The notes: generated by a model from the sequence alone, not told the origin. A stretch of DNA of 64,000 nt from an uncultured Verrucomicrobiae bacterium (GCA_963762565.1 CAVXLD010000012.1:384001-448000); one strand, 5' to 3'; counted from the first letter of the stretch, positions 10,323 through 22,067 are shown. Translations and numbers: made by a program.

Positions 10323-10865
10323 TTGACGATGGTTAACCCAAAATCCCTCTCCAAAAGAACGACGTTGAGGCTGAATCATCGGGCCATCGTGACCGGCCTG
10401 ATCATCCTCTTGTATGTGGTAGCATGTTGTTGTCCTGCGCTCAGGTTCGACAAGTATTATCCTGGCGATAACGCCCCTCAATTGAGCGAGACTTGGTTCG
10501 GCTGGACTGCTTTGTTGCTTGGCTGGCTCGGCATTCTGGTAGGGTCAGTGGGTTGGCTGGCAAACTTCCTACTTGGTTTAACCCTGATCTTTCTTTTGTC
10601 CGGTCTCCGTTGGGCGACTCTTATTTCAAGCGCGGTCACGGTTCTTGTCAGCCTGGACTTCTTTCCTTTGTTCTGGGCCAATATTCCAGCCGACGAAGGG
10701 GGCGTTGGGCGAGCGGTCCTACGCCCGCCGGAAGCAGGCGTCTGGCTTTGGTTCGCCAGTATTGCCGCCGCTTTCGCCGGCGCCTGGATTTTGTTCCTAG
10801 CGCCGAGAACGGAACCGCAGATGGAGGCAAAGAAAACACCTCAACCGCAGATGAACGCAGATTGA
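10323..10865 (+). CDS. Hypothetical integral membrane protein (about 4-5 TM)
   Basis: Several hydrophobic segments with a GWLAN motif. The last codons lie in repeat family C. Confidence 0.7.
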   Translation: MTMVNPKSLSKRTTLRLNHRAIVTGLIILLYVVACCCPALRFDKYYPGDNAPQLSETWFGWTALLLGWLGILVGSVGWLANFLLGLTLIFLLSGLRWATLISSAVTVLVSLDFFPLFWANIPADEGGVGRAVLRPPEAGVWLWFASIAAAFAGAWILFLAPRTEPQMEAKKTPQPQMNAD

Positions 10866-11070
10866 CGCAGATTGAATACAGGCCTGCCGAATCAACGACT
10901 ACAGATCAACCGCGAATGGACACGAATGGACGCGAATGTTTAGGCGAGGGGATGCATTGCGTTTGTTCGTAACGCCTTTATCTGTAAATCTGCGTTGATC
11001 TGCGGTTAAGGGTTTTTATTCGTGTTAATTCGTGTCCATTCGCGGTTAAGGTCAGTATCCATTCGCGGTT
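10843..11070. repeat. Family C inverted 10-mer tandem repeats
   Basis: AACCGCAGATGAACGCAGAT and AACCGCGAATGGACACGAAT arms with their complements. Also at about 502-590, 14365-14455, 18032-18257 and 23785-24082. Confidence 0.88.
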
Positions 11071-11838
<768 letters not shown>

Positions 11839-11863
11839 GACGGTAGGATGAGCCGCCGAACGC

Positions 11864-12063
11864 CTGGAGGGGAGCCGCTTTGTAGGTTGGCAGTTCTGTG
11901 AGTATCTAGCAGGCGGCTCCCGAGAATTACACAGCGTGTTCACTTCGGTGCAGGTGTTGCTCAAAAAATCCGATTTTATGGGCTGGCTTGTTCGGGGGTA
12001 ATTCCCGGGAGCCGCCTGCTAGATACCGATAGAACTGCCAAGCGACAAAGCGGCTCCCCTCCA
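11864..12063. repeat. Family B element between convergent genes
   Basis: Same four arms. Confidence 0.9.
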
Positions 12064-12090
12064 AATGATGTCGGCGGCTCCTTATCCCTG

Positions 12091-14265
12091 CTACGAAAAC
12101 AGTTCGCCGAGAAACTGCCGGAATGCCGCTGGATCGGGGATTCTGAACCGGGCCTGAGTTGGGCCCGATCCGACCTTGATCGTTAGCAACCGCGGCAGCC
12201 TGAGCTCGAACATCCCTTCATCAGTCAGGTCATCGCCGGCGCAGATGGCGAGTCCATAATCAGGCAATTTCTCGAGTACCCGCGCAACGGCTGCCCCTTT
12301 GTTAATCTCCGCTGCATTCACTTCTACCATCTTCTTACCATGCCGTACCTTAATTGGTTCGTTGGCGGCCAGTGCCGAGAGTTCCTGGGTTAGACGATTC
12401 GCTTTCCATCCGCCGAATTCTTCGTCCGCTCTGCGATAGTGCCAGACGATTGCCGAGGGTTTCTCTTCAACCATGCTTCCCGGTGTGGCTTGTTCGTAGA
12501 CTCGCAAGATCGGAAGCAGTTTGTCCTTCCAAGTGTACTTCAAATTATGATCGGCTCTTTCCCAGGTTTTCTTTCCCACCTGTCGCCAACTGGCTCCGTG
12601 CTCGGCAATAAGTCGAAAAGAAAAGCCGCCAAAAAAGCTTTCTAAATCGGTTTCGGATCGCCCGCTCAAAATCGTGACGTCCAAATTTGGCTGTTGTTCG
12701 AGCTGGCGCAGCAAGGTTTCGATAGCTGGATTTGGCGTTGCCGCGCTGGGCTCGACCTCGATTTCACGCAAAGTGCCGTCGTAATCCAGGAAGAGGGCAA
12801 TTTTCTCGTCGCTTTGAATTGCCCGTCTGATCTGATCGCTCGCTTCTTTAATGTTGGCTTTTCCCGTTCCGGTGTCACCAGCCGAATCCGATGCCAGGTC
12901 CTCGATAAAAGAACGGGCCCAGTGCTGGGCGTCATAACGGATCACGCGTTCTCGCATCGCCTGAATGCCGGTTCTCCTTTGCTCGACCGGCGTGCCTAAC
13001 GCATCGATTAACGTTGCTGCTACCGCGTCGGAATCATACGGATTGACAAAGAGGGCGTTGAAAAGCTCTTCGGCGGCGCCGGCAAATTCGCTTAAGATGA
13101 GGAGCCCGGCGTTCTCGCGTTGGCAGGCAATAAATTCTTTAGCCACCAGATTCATACCGTCGATCAGCGGTGTCACTAAGGCCACATCCGCCAAAGCATA
13201 CAACGCGCACAGGTCGACAAAGGGAATCGAGCCATGAATGAAATGAATCGGGCTATTCAGTAGGGTCGCATACTTCCCATTTAGCTGGCCGATCCTCGAT
13301 TCGACTTCCTCCAGCAAATGTTGATACTCTTCGATCCCTTCGCGCGACGGCACGCTGACAAAGATGAAACGAATGTTATCAATTTGTTTCCACCTGGTTA
13401 GGAAATCATCGATCGCCTCGAGCCGATGTAGAATTCCCTTTGTGTAATCCATCCGTTCTACAGAGACGACCAGGCGTTTCCCCTCGTGTGCCCGGCGAAA
13501 CTCGTCTCGGCGTTTTCTGAATTCTTCCGAATCCATCGTTTCCTCAAACTTCGGCGCATTGATGCCGATTGGATAAACGCCGAGCGCTGTAGTGTGCCCA
13601 TCGCTTGAAATTTGGGTAAGCTTTGTCTCGATCCGCAAGAGCCGCCGGACCGCGCCGCTGAAGTGCCTGAGATAGTTGAAAGCGTGAAAGCCGATACGAT
13701 TTGCACCGAGCATTCCCGCAGCCAATTCGCGACACCGAGGATGGAATCGAAAAACCTGCGGCGCCGGAAACGGTGTGTGCAAAAAGAAACCGATCCTGAG
13801 GTTTGGCGCCTCCGCTCGCAAAATGGCGGGGAGTAGCATCAATTGATAGTCGTGCACCCAGACCAGGTCACCATCCTTGGCGACGTCTAGCACTTTGTTA
13901 GCAAAAGTCTGATTGACCTTCCGGTAGTCCTCCCACCACTCCGGTTCGTACCGCAGATAGTTAGGCAAATAGTGCAGCAAAGGCCAGATGCTGGAATTTG
14001 AAAACCCTTCGTAAAACCCCGCTGCCTCCTCTTTACCGAGAAAAACCGGAATACACCCATATTCGTCAGCGAGCTTACGTCCGATTTGCTTCTGCTCTTT
14101 TTTATCTGGGATTTCTGCTCCGGGCCAGCCGATCCATTTTTGTTCGTAGTGCCCTTTTGGCAGCCCTTCCAATGCTGCCACCAATCCGCCGGATGATTTG
14201 GTCATCTCGCCGTTTTTCACCGCAACCGGCAGCCGGTTAGAAACATTGATTAGGGTATTTGACAT
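12091..14265 (-). CDS. Bifunctional trehalose-6-phosphate synthase/phosphatase (OtsA-OtsB fusion)
   Basis: GT20 motifs VSNRLP, WVHDYQL, FLHTPFP and DGMNLVAKE, followed by HAD motifs FLDYDGTL and GDDLTDE. Confidence 0.95.
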   Translation of the reverse strand: MSNTLINVSNRLPVAVKNGEMTKSSGGLVAALEGLPKGHYEQKWIGWPGAEIPDKKEQKQIGRKLADEYGCIPVFLGKEEAAGFYEGFSNSSIWPLLHYLPNYLRYEPEWWEDYRKVNQTFANKVLDVAKDGDLVWVHDYQLMLLPAILRAEAPNLRIGFFLHTPFPAPQVFRFHPRCRELAAGMLGANRIGFHAFNYLRHFSGAVRRLLRIETKLTQISSDGHTTALGVYPIGINAPKFEETMDSEEFRKRRDEFRRAHEGKRLVVSVERMDYTKGILHRLEAIDDFLTRWKQIDNIRFIFVSVPSREGIEEYQHLLEEVESRIGQLNGKYATLLNSPIHFIHGSIPFVDLCALYALADVALVTPLIDGMNLVAKEFIACQRENAGLLILSEFAGAAEELFNALFVNPYDSDAVAATLIDALGTPVEQRRTGIQAMRERVIRYDAQHWARSFIEDLASDSAGDTGTGKANIKEASDQIRRAIQSDEKIALFLDYDGTLREIEVEPSAATPNPAIETLLRQLEQQPNLDVTILSGRSETDLESFFGGFSFRLIAEHGASWRQVGKKTWERADHNLKYTWKDKLLPILRVYEQATPGSMVEEKPSAIVWHYRRADEEFGGWKANRLTQELSALAANEPIKVRHGKKMVEVNAAEINKGAAVARVLEKLPDYGLAICAGDDLTDEGMFELRLPRLLTIKVGSGPTQARFRIPDPAAFRQFLGELFS

Positions 14266-14512
14266 CTACACAATAGATCGTGTCTGGGCGGCTAATTAGT
14301 TTGCCGAGAGCGCGTTTTCCCGACGAGTGGGCGCTGGGCCATTGCTCACTCGTTACGTAATTCGGATGCATGCGTGTTTATTCGTGGTTCCTCTATCTGC
14401 GTAAATCTGCGTTCATCCACTTTCGCTACGCTACGGCGCGACAGGTCTGCGGTTGAGTTTTGTATCCCGCGTGCCTTGAACTCCTCGTACTCCTTGAACT
14501 TCTTGAACTCCT

Positions 14513-15493
14513 TTATTTTCCCGTCAAAGTCGCGACTCTGTCCACATTCTCCGGGGTAACAAAGCTTGGTCCGGTCAATAATAAGTCGTTTTGGGGTATG
14601 GCGCCGTGTTTCGCGTAGTTGGCCAGAAAGATTACCGGGAGATATCCTTGCAGCCATTGTTGCTGGTCGACGGCAAAGCTCATCTGCCCTTTAGATAATG
14701 CCTGAATTACTTCCGTCGAGATATCGAACGTGCAGAGCTTGATCTTACCAAGTTCACCCATCTCGCCGAGTGCTTGCAGGGTTGGCTCAGCGACGACCGG
14801 TCCCAGTGCTAAGATTCCGTCGATTTCCGGATGTTGTGTCAGGTAGGCAATCACCGCGTCGCGGCATTCCTCGGACTTGATAGTCACCGCCACCACCTGC
14901 ACATGATGGAAAGGACCTTCAAAGCCGTCTTTGAACCCTTTAATTCTTTGGTCAAGACCAGCATTGCCGGTTTCCTGGTTGAGAATCATGACCTCGGTTA
15001 CGCCGATATCCTTCATTCTCTCACCGGCCGCTTTCCCGGCAGATTCTTCTTCCTGGCCAATATGCATCATGCATCCAAGCTCCCGAGACACCTTTAGGCC
15101 TGAGTTTATCGAAATCACCGGAATCTTGGCCTTTACTGCAGCTTGAATCGATTTGCCTAGTACATCGGCGTCCGGGATGGAAACGATCAGACCATCGGGC
15201 TTCGATGCGACTGCCGCATCGATCAGATGCGACATTTCCACCAAATCGAATTTTGCTGGAGACTGATATTCTAGTTCAGAATCTGTCTCCTTTGCGGCAG
15301 TCTCCGCACCTCGGCGGACAACAGTCCAAAAAGGGTCGCCGGCCTGACCATGAGTGATAAAAGCAATTCTGGGCTGCTTTTGAGCCAACCCGGTCAAGGG
15401 AACAAGCCAACCGGCTGCGAACAGGAACCAAGCTGCGAGCCGAACTCGCCTGAGCGTCGTCCGGAATGACAAATTACAGATGACAGATGACAA
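14513..15493 (-). CDS. Sugar ABC transporter substrate-binding protein (orphan; start uncertain)
   Basis: HGQAGDPFW, IPVISINSG and DQQQWLQGY. No permease or ATPase is adjacent. The TTG start lies inside repeat family E. Confidence 0.85.
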   Translation of the reverse strand: MSSVICNLSFRTTLRRVRLAAWFLFAAGWLVPLTGLAQKQPRIAFITHGQAGDPFWTVVRRGAETAAKETDSELEYQSPAKFDLVEMSHLIDAAVASKPDGLIVSIPDADVLGKSIQAAVKAKIPVISINSGLKVSRELGCMMHIGQEEESAGKAAGERMKDIGVTEVMILNQETGNAGLDQRIKGFKDGFEGPFHHVQVVAVTIKSEECRDAVIAYLTQHPEIDGILALGPVVAEPTLQALGEMGELGKIKLCTFDISTEVIQALSKGQMSFAVDQQQWLQGYLPVIFLANYAKHGAIPQNDLLLTGPSFVTPENVDRVATLTGK

Positions 15494-15670
15494 ATTGGGG
15501 AAAATCGTAAGCCGCGCCTGTCCGCTTCGTTATAACTCATCTGTCATTTGTCATTTGTCATCTGTCATTGAAACGAGCGTCTATTTGGCTCGTCCTCGCG
15601 CTGGAAAGAATATCATGGGATCTTTAAGGCACGACCCAAAGCGGCTCCCCTCCAGTTAGACGTTTGCCCT

Positions 15671-17476
15671 ATGGATCAACCCCAGCCACAGAAACCTCAG
15701 CGATACCCGACGCCTTTAACTCAGCGGTTGCTGAAAGTGAAGGTCTGGTTCGTTGACCGCTTCCACCTTCGTGAACGGCAGCTCATGTTGGTATGGGCGG
15801 CGTTGATTGGCCTACTGGGCGCGATTGCGGCTGAATGTTTTCGCCGAGCCAGCGATATCGTTCACTTTCTGGCAACCGGTAACGACATGGAAATCATTTC
15901 CTCATTTTCCCAGCTGCCGCTTTGGCAAAAACTCGCGGTGCCGGCGGCTGGTGGATTCCTGGCTGGGTTGACCCTGTGGATCGGTAATCGTTTTACGATG
16001 CGCCTCCGTCAGAAAACCACGACGGACTACATGGAGGCGATCGTGGTAGGAAATGGCAACATTTCGCTACCGGCGAGCCTGGTGAAGAGTATCTCCGCTC
16101 TTTTTTCGATCAGCACCGGGGCATCGATTGGACGGGAGGGACCATTGGTTCAGCTCTCGTCCCTAGTCGCCTCGTTAGTAGGTCGAGCTCGAAGCTTTCC
16201 GGTTGCGCAACGGCGTCAATTGGTGGCCTGCGGCGCGGCGGCAGGGATCGCTAGCGCCTATAACGCGCCGATTGCCGGATCTTTTTTTGTGGCAGAAATC
16301 ATTTTAGGAACTGTCGCTGTAGAAACGTTGGGACCGCTCATTCTAGCGGCGGTGGTGGCAGCCTTCACCGCGCAACTTTTGCATGGCGGCGGCCCTATCT
16401 ACAAATCTCCGGGGTTCGCGTTGCATAGTTATTGGGAGATTCTTTTTCTCTCCTTTATGGGATTGGTTTCAGGGTTGTTAGCTCCAGTCTATCTTTTCTT
16501 TTTACGGACCATCGAGCGGCTCTTTTCCAAACTGACGATCGGTCCGCCGGCAAAGCTTGCGCTCGGCGGCGGCATCGTCGGCTTGCTAGCCATGATTAGT
16601 CCTGACGTTTGCGGCAATGGCCAAGGTCTGCTCAATACGCTGTTTAACCAGAATTGGTTCTCCAATGAAATTCTAGCGATTCTGTTGCTGAAAGTCGTGG
16701 CAACGGCGGCAGTATTTGGCTCCGGTGCGGTCGGCGGGGTTTTCACACCCACCCTTTTCATCGGCGCCGCCCTGGGAATGTTGTACGGCCGAACCTTGCT
16801 TTTACTCTTCCCCAGCTTCCACCTCGATCCCGGTATGTATGGCATTGTCGGCATGGGTTCTTTCATCGCTGCTACTACCGGTGCACCACTGATGTCGATT
16901 CTCATGGGGTTTGAACTAACTCTCGATTACACCTTGGCGCCGTTGCTCATGGTGACTTGTGTTATCGCTTATTACTGCAGCAGCATCTTCGAAAAGCGGT
17001 TTATCTATGGTGAATCTCTCGAACGCAAAGGAGCGTCGTTTTTCAATCAACAATTGGCCGAAGCCAAAATTGAGGATCTCATTCAGCCTGACCCCATCAC
17101 ACTCCCCGGTAAGGCCACTTTTGCTGAAATCGCCAAGACCTTTGTGCAGCAACCGCTACAGCACCTCTACATCGTTGGACAAAACAACCGGTTTCTAGGC
17201 GCCGTCTCTCTGCATGATATCAAGGAGTACCTGGATCGGCCTGAGCTGGCCACTATGTTCATTGCGACCGACCTCATGAACGAAGATTTTCCTAGGATCT
17301 CGCGTTTTCAAGGGATGGGCGACGCTTTCGAGAAATTCTCTGAGGTCCGCTCCGAGCGACTTCCGGTAGTTGACGATCTGGATTCCTGTCGCCTGATCGG
17401 CAGTATCTCCAAGACGGACATCATGATGTATCTGGCCGGGAAACAGAAATTAAAGGAGCCAGGAGCTAGAATCTAG
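15671..17476 (+). CDS. ClC-family chloride channel/transporter (ClcB-like) with CBS pair
   Basis: GREGP, AYNAP, GNG, GGVFTP and a C-terminal CBS region (RLPVVD..LIGSIS). Confidence 0.93.
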   Translation: MDQPQPQKPQRYPTPLTQRLLKVKVWFVDRFHLRERQLMLVWAALIGLLGAIAAECFRRASDIVHFLATGNDMEIISSFSQLPLWQKLAVPAAGGFLAGLTLWIGNRFTMRLRQKTTTDYMEAIVVGNGNISLPASLVKSISALFSISTGASIGREGPLVQLSSLVASLVGRARSFPVAQRRQLVACGAAAGIASAYNAPIAGSFFVAEIILGTVAVETLGPLILAAVVAAFTAQLLHGGGPIYKSPGFALHSYWEILFLSFMGLVSGLLAPVYLFFLRTIERLFSKLTIGPPAKLALGGGIVGLLAMISPDVCGNGQGLLNTLFNQNWFSNEILAILLLKVVATAAVFGSGAVGGVFTPTLFIGAALGMLYGRTLLLLFPSFHLDPGMYGIVGMGSFIAATTGAPLMSILMGFELTLDYTLAPLLMVTCVIAYYCSSIFEKRFIYGESLERKGASFFNQQLAEAKIEDLIQPDPITLPGKATFAEIAKTFVQQPLQHLYIVGQNNRFLGAVSLHDIKEYLDRPELATMFIATDLMNEDFPRISRFQGMGDAFEKFSEVRSERLPVVDDLDSCRLIGSISKTDIMMYLAGKQKLKEPGARI

Positions 17477-17637
17477 GAGCTAAGAGACGCGCGCCACGTG
17501 GGTCGTACTCGTCCTCGTCCTCGATTCAGGCTCCTGGGTTGCGCCGAGATCCCACCCTGACTCAATCGCCAGGCGAATCCGATTCGTCGTGGTGATTACC
17601 GCGCTCCAAATCGAGCGCGAGTACGATTCACGCGCCG

Positions 17638-18000
17638 TCATCTCCTAGCTCCTAGCTCCTGCTGGTCGTACAGTCCATCGACCTTCGCGGCCACGACAAA
17701 ATCATTCCGATGCAGTCCGCGAATCTTATGGGTCCACAGGGTCACCGTCACGCGACCCCATTCCGTCAGGATGGCCGGATGATGACCTTCCTCTTCAGCA
17801 AGATCACCCACCTTGTTGCTGAAGTGGAGAGCTTCCGCAAAGTTTTGGAACCGAAAAACCCGTTCTAATCTCGGGATCCCTTCGCGTTCCAACATCGTCC
17901 ATTCCGGGATCTGTGGTTTGAGCTCCGCAATCTCAGCTTCGGTCACTGGAGGAGAATCACGGCGGCAAGCAGTACATTTCTCAGTCGTCAGTGTTGCCAT
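17638..18000 (-). CDS. phhB: Pterin-4-alpha-carbinolamine dehydratase
   Basis: AEEEGHHP and WTHKIRGLHRNDF. Confidence 0.92.
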   Translation of the reverse strand: MATLTTEKCTACRRDSPPVTEAEIAELKPQIPEWTMLEREGIPRLERVFRFQNFAEALHFSNKVGDLAEEEGHHPAILTEWGRVTVTLWTHKIRGLHRNDFVVAAKVDGLYDQQELGARR

Positions 18001-18356
18001 ACCTCTAGCTTAAGAGAAGCACGCCAAAAGCAACCGCGAATGGACACGAATTGACAAGAATAAGCACAAGGAGTTCTGGGAAAAGGTCAAAGGTGACGGG
18101 TGAAAAACCGGAGTGCTCTCTGTTTATCATTTACGAGCCAAGTGATTCTCGAACTGCTGTAACTCCTGAACTCCTCTTTTATTCGCGTTCATTCGTGTCC
18201 ATTCGCGGTTCAATCGTTCGTGTCTTATCTTTGTAAATCTGCGTCCATCTGCGGTTCGTTTTTGACCGATTTTGGTATTCGTGGGTCGTTTTTTGTCTTG
18301 TAACTGGCAAAAAAGTTGTTGCACGGTCCGCGATATCATGAAACAGGGGCGGTTCC

Positions 18357-18833
18357 ATGAAGAATTGGATCCTCTGTAATCTTTTAGTTCTTGGTCTTCC
18401 GGTGACGATGCATGCCTCGGATGAGAGCTTTCGCGTCTTTCGTCCGGTTGATCCGGCCAGGCTAGAAAGGAAGGTGCCGGCCGGTTACGGCCAGGTGTTT
18501 ATTGAAGCTGGTCGTCAGAATAATATCGATCCACTTCTGTTAGCGGCGATCTCAGCACATGAGTCGGGTGCCTGGAAAAGCGCAGCCGCGCGTCACAAGA
18601 ACAATTGGATGGGCTTGATGACCAGGTTTGGGACTAAGCGATTTGCCAGTTCTGCTCAATCGATCTTCTACGCAGCTGAGCTGCTGAATCGTAGACCGTT
18701 CAAAGGCCGCAACACTTTGAGCGAGATTGCATCCGTCTATTGCGCCACCAATCCCGGTTACTGGGCGAAATCTGTTCTGGAGTGGGAAAGATTGTTAGGC
18801 GGCGGCCGTCTGCGTTTAGCTAATAGCCGATAG
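18357..18833 (+). CDS. Secreted glucosaminidase/lysozyme-like (GH73-like) protein
   Basis: Signal peptide, IDPLLLAAISAHESG, NNWMG and YCATNPGYW. Confidence 0.7.
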   Translation: MKNWILCNLLVLGLPVTMHASDESFRVFRPVDPARLERKVPAGYGQVFIEAGRQNNIDPLLLAAISAHESGAWKSAAARHKNNWMGLMTRFGTKRFASSAQSIFYAAELLNRRPFKGRNTLSEIASVYCATNPGYWAKSVLEWERLLGGGRLRLANSR

Positions 18834-18972
18834 CCCATCCAGTAGTCAGTAATCATGATTGGCGATTGGTGATTGGTGATTGGTGATTGGTGATCGGTGT
18901 GCCGATGCGCCAATTTGTCATCTGTCTCTCATTGGCTTTCGGCTATTGGCTATTGGCTATGCCGCGAAGCGG

Positions 18973-19743
18973 CTACAGCCCAGGTATAACCGTCCGCAGC
19001 GCCCGAGCTTGGCGTTCGCTGACTTCGATTTGGGTGCTGGCGGGATCATCCATGATTAGCATGAAAGCGCTGCGGGCAGCCGGTCGAATCTCCTTTACCC
19101 TGCGCAAATTGACCAGAGATGAGCGATGCGCCCGAAAGAAATTGAACTCGCTTAGGCCCTGCTCTAGGTCGCTGATTTGATAGTTTACCCAAACCGTGTC
19201 GTTGTTAGTGCGTGCGCGTACGATCCCATGATCGATAAAGAAATACACGACATCGGTTGGATCCAAAAGTAGGAATCGGTCCAGTTTTCGAGCGACGATC
19301 TGCTGGAAATTTCGGGGCACACCGGCACTGAAACGATGAATTTGATCGGTAACTTGCGCGCGGTCGTCTGCAAATTGATGTAATCGCCACGCGCGTTCCA
19401 CCATCTCGCGAAGCCGTTCAGCTTCGATCGGTTTCAACAAATAGGCAATCGCGTTTGCCTCGAAGGCCGCCATGGCATGTTCATGAAAACCGGTAACGAA
19501 AATAATCAATGGTAGCGTTAAATCGGCCGGTAACGCCTTGAGGGTTTCGAAACCGTCCAAGCCCGGCATTTGCACGTCCAGAAACACTAAGTCCGGCCGC
19601 AACCGCTGAATCTCAGCCACTGCTTCGAGACCATCTTTCGCTTCACCAATAACCTCGACGTGCTCTTCCTCCTTCAACAACCTCCGTAATCGCAGCCGAG
19701 CGTTCGGTTCGTCATCAATAAGCAACGAGCGCAATTTTTTCAT
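18973..19743 (-). CDS. LytTR-family response regulator
   Basis: REC domain (IDDE, FLDVQMPG, YLLKP) plus LytTR domain (FFRAHRSSLVN). Confidence 0.95.
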   Translation of the reverse strand: MKKLRSLLIDDEPNARLRLRRLLKEEEHVEVIGEAKDGLEAVAEIQRLRPDLVFLDVQMPGLDGFETLKALPADLTLPLIIFVTGFHEHAMAAFEANAIAYLLKPIEAERLREMVERAWRLHQFADDRAQVTDQIHRFSAGVPRNFQQIVARKLDRFLLLDPTDVVYFFIDHGIVRARTNNDTVWVNYQISDLEQGLSEFNFFRAHRSSLVNLRRVKEIRPAARSAFMLIMDDPASTQIEVSERQARALRTVIPGL

Positions 19744-21734
19744 CGAGCGACCCGCACCACACCTGCTGCCTCCTCCCGAATCTGACTTTTTTTAGTAATC
19801 GGAATCAGGATCTGAGCGCGTGAACCTGAGCGAGGAACACTTTCAAAGCTGAACTGGGCGTCGCCGCGATAGACAGTCTGGAGTCTCTCTTCCACGTTGC
19901 GAAGCCCCAGCCCCGTGGAACCCCGACCGGCGAGCTTCAGGCTGACATTCGCGCCAACCCCGTTGTCTTCCACCGTAAGCTCAAGGTGCTCGGTGACTTG
20001 GCGGGCCCGGATGGTCAAAAGATTCTCGCCCACCTTCGGCCCGAGACCGTGCTTAAGCGAGTTCTCCACCAGAGGTTGAAGGATGAAAGTCGGAATCGCG
20101 AGTTGCGACGTCGCTTCCTCGATCTCGAAGTTTACCCTTAAACGGTCCCCAAACCGGATCTTTTCGATTTCTAAATAAGTGCGGAGAAAAGAAATCTCGT
20201 CGTTGACCGAGCTAAATGGGCGATCGTGATAGGTTAGGACGTGTCGAAAGATCTTCGCTAATCGAACAATCATTTCCTCTGCCACTTCTGGCTCTGCTGT
20301 AATCAGGGCCGCGATACTGTTCAACGAGTTGAACAAGAAGTGCGGATTGATTTGAGCGCGAAGCGCGCGCAACTCCGCCTCCACTAGTTGTTTCACCAGG
20401 TGCGCTTCACGCCGGGCCCGTTCAATGTTTTCTTTCTCCCGATCGATCGCTTCGAGGCGGCGCTCGATCGCTAAACAAACTTCGCGAAGAAAATCGACCT
20501 CAGCGTTGAACAGGATATGACGGCGCGTGCCCGTCGTGATCACCAAAGCGGTACCTGGATGATCGCCGCTTTTTGAAATATGGAAGACATAATCGCGACC
20601 GGCATCGCATCGAACCGTATCAGCGGATTCCCCAGCGGCATCGTCCGGACGAATGGCCGCATCGGCGATTCGCAATGTATTTTTCGCGAGTGCTCTTCCG
20701 GTTTCGAAGATAGTACCGACGTCTGATTCTCTGGATATGGCTTCTCGAAACGACTTTAAGGCGCGACGGTAATCTGTTTGCCGGAAAATTTGCCGGTCGA
20801 CTAGCCAATCACTCAAAGCAGTGATCTTGGCGTACAGCACGATCGCGATCCAGATGATCATGGCGAAACCGAGCACCGACAGCTTCATGGAAGCCGGTTC
20901 TTCCTGAAAAGGCGGTCCGAACAGGACGCGAGCTAGATGGGCAATCGCGAGCGCGATTAAGGCGCCAAGCAGAATGCGTAAACCGCGTTGCGCAAAGATG
21001 TCACTGAAGCGGAAGCGAGATAGCCCAAATAGGCCGCCGCCAACCAAAAGAACGACGTTGAACGGTCTGGCGAACTCAACCAGTGAGTGAAGCCAGAGTG
21101 GTGCCTGTCCAAAACTCTCTTCCAGGGCGTGGACTGTCGACAACGACATGCCCGTCAAGAGGGAGGCTACTGAAATCCAAGAGAGCCATCCTCTTAGCCG
21201 GCCTGGTAAGAAGACAAACGCGCCGGACCAAAAGAACAGAAGCCCATTGTATTCCGCTGGCAGGAGCGCGTCCATTGGGCTGACCATCCCATACTCGGTG
21301 TGTGCCGGGAGTAACCCAGCTACATGCGCGACACTTAAGATCACGGCAGACAAGGCCGCCAAACCAATCACCACCCGCCCAAGCTGGCGCCTCCAATCGG
21401 AAGAGAAGGGGCCTTGGGCCCAGAGTCCAAGAATTGTGACTGGCCAGGTCACCGCGGCGAAGAAAGCGAAGTCTGTGGCGAGAACCACGACTGGTGACTG
21501 AAGCGACTGACTTATGCTATACGCAACCTGCGCCAGGCAGGCGCTGACCGTGAAGGTCAGTGTGCACAGCGCAAAGCCAAGGCGGGCCGCCCGTTGTTCT
21601 TCGCTTGAACGCAGGGCCAGAATTAAGAGGAGGGTCGCAAGCGTGGCGCCGACGCCGAAACTAAAGCACTTCTGGATCGTGTTCTGATCGTTGCTGAATG
21701 CGAGAGCGAGTAAAAAAAAATGCTGCGAGATCAT
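19740..21734 (-). CDS. LytS/YehU-type sensor histidine kinase with large membrane sensor
   Basis: ALRAQINPHFLFNSLN, LQPLVENSLKHG, DNGVG and GLGLRNV, with many N-terminal TM segments. ATGA overlap with the regulator. Confidence 0.95.
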   Translation of the reverse strand: MISQHFFLLALAFSNDQNTIQKCFSFGVGATLATLLLILALRSSEEQRAARLGFALCTLTFTVSACLAQVAYSISQSLQSPVVVLATDFAFFAAVTWPVTILGLWAQGPFSSDWRRQLGRVVIGLAALSAVILSVAHVAGLLPAHTEYGMVSPMDALLPAEYNGLLFFWSGAFVFLPGRLRGWLSWISVASLLTGMSLSTVHALEESFGQAPLWLHSLVEFARPFNVVLLVGGGLFGLSRFRFSDIFAQRGLRILLGALIALAIAHLARVLFGPPFQEEPASMKLSVLGFAMIIWIAIVLYAKITALSDWLVDRQIFRQTDYRRALKSFREAISRESDVGTIFETGRALAKNTLRIADAAIRPDDAAGESADTVRCDAGRDYVFHISKSGDHPGTALVITTGTRRHILFNAEVDFLREVCLAIERRLEAIDREKENIERARREAHLVKQLVEAELRALRAQINPHFLFNSLNSIAALITAEPEVAEEMIVRLAKIFRHVLTYHDRPFSSVNDEISFLRTYLEIEKIRFGDRLRVNFEIEEATSQLAIPTFILQPLVENSLKHGLGPKVGENLLTIRARQVTEHLELTVEDNGVGANVSLKLAGRGSTGLGLRNVEERLQTVYRGDAQFSFESVPRSGSRAQILIPITKKSQIREEAAGVVRVAR

Positions 21735-22067
21735 CTGAGTGCTGCCGGCCGATCCACGGTCTTCGGGACAAACAAATTAGGCCGGTCTAGCACATTGGCC
21801 CAATAAATTATTTGTCGCTCCGCTCCGCCGAGTCTGTGCCCGAATCCAGTGAAAGAGCCGCCATCGGCGTTTGCCGGAAAGGAGAAATGGATTTCGTTCC
21901 CGAGGAACTTTTTTGTTTTTCATAGCAGCGAGTAATCCTGAGCCTAAGGCCGTCGCTGAGGCCATCAATCGATAACCGGGCCAGCGCGGATCATCGTTTG
22001 TCGAGCGCGGGGTATAAGGGCATCAGCGCGTGGGTTGGAAGGGCGAATGGGCGATGCTACCTATGAA

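Noticed and set aside
18304..18325. Sigma54 promoter (TGGCA...TTGC) before the GH73-like gene
   Set aside because: The GG-to-GC spacing is not the required 10 nt. A similar site near 60450 fails the same test.
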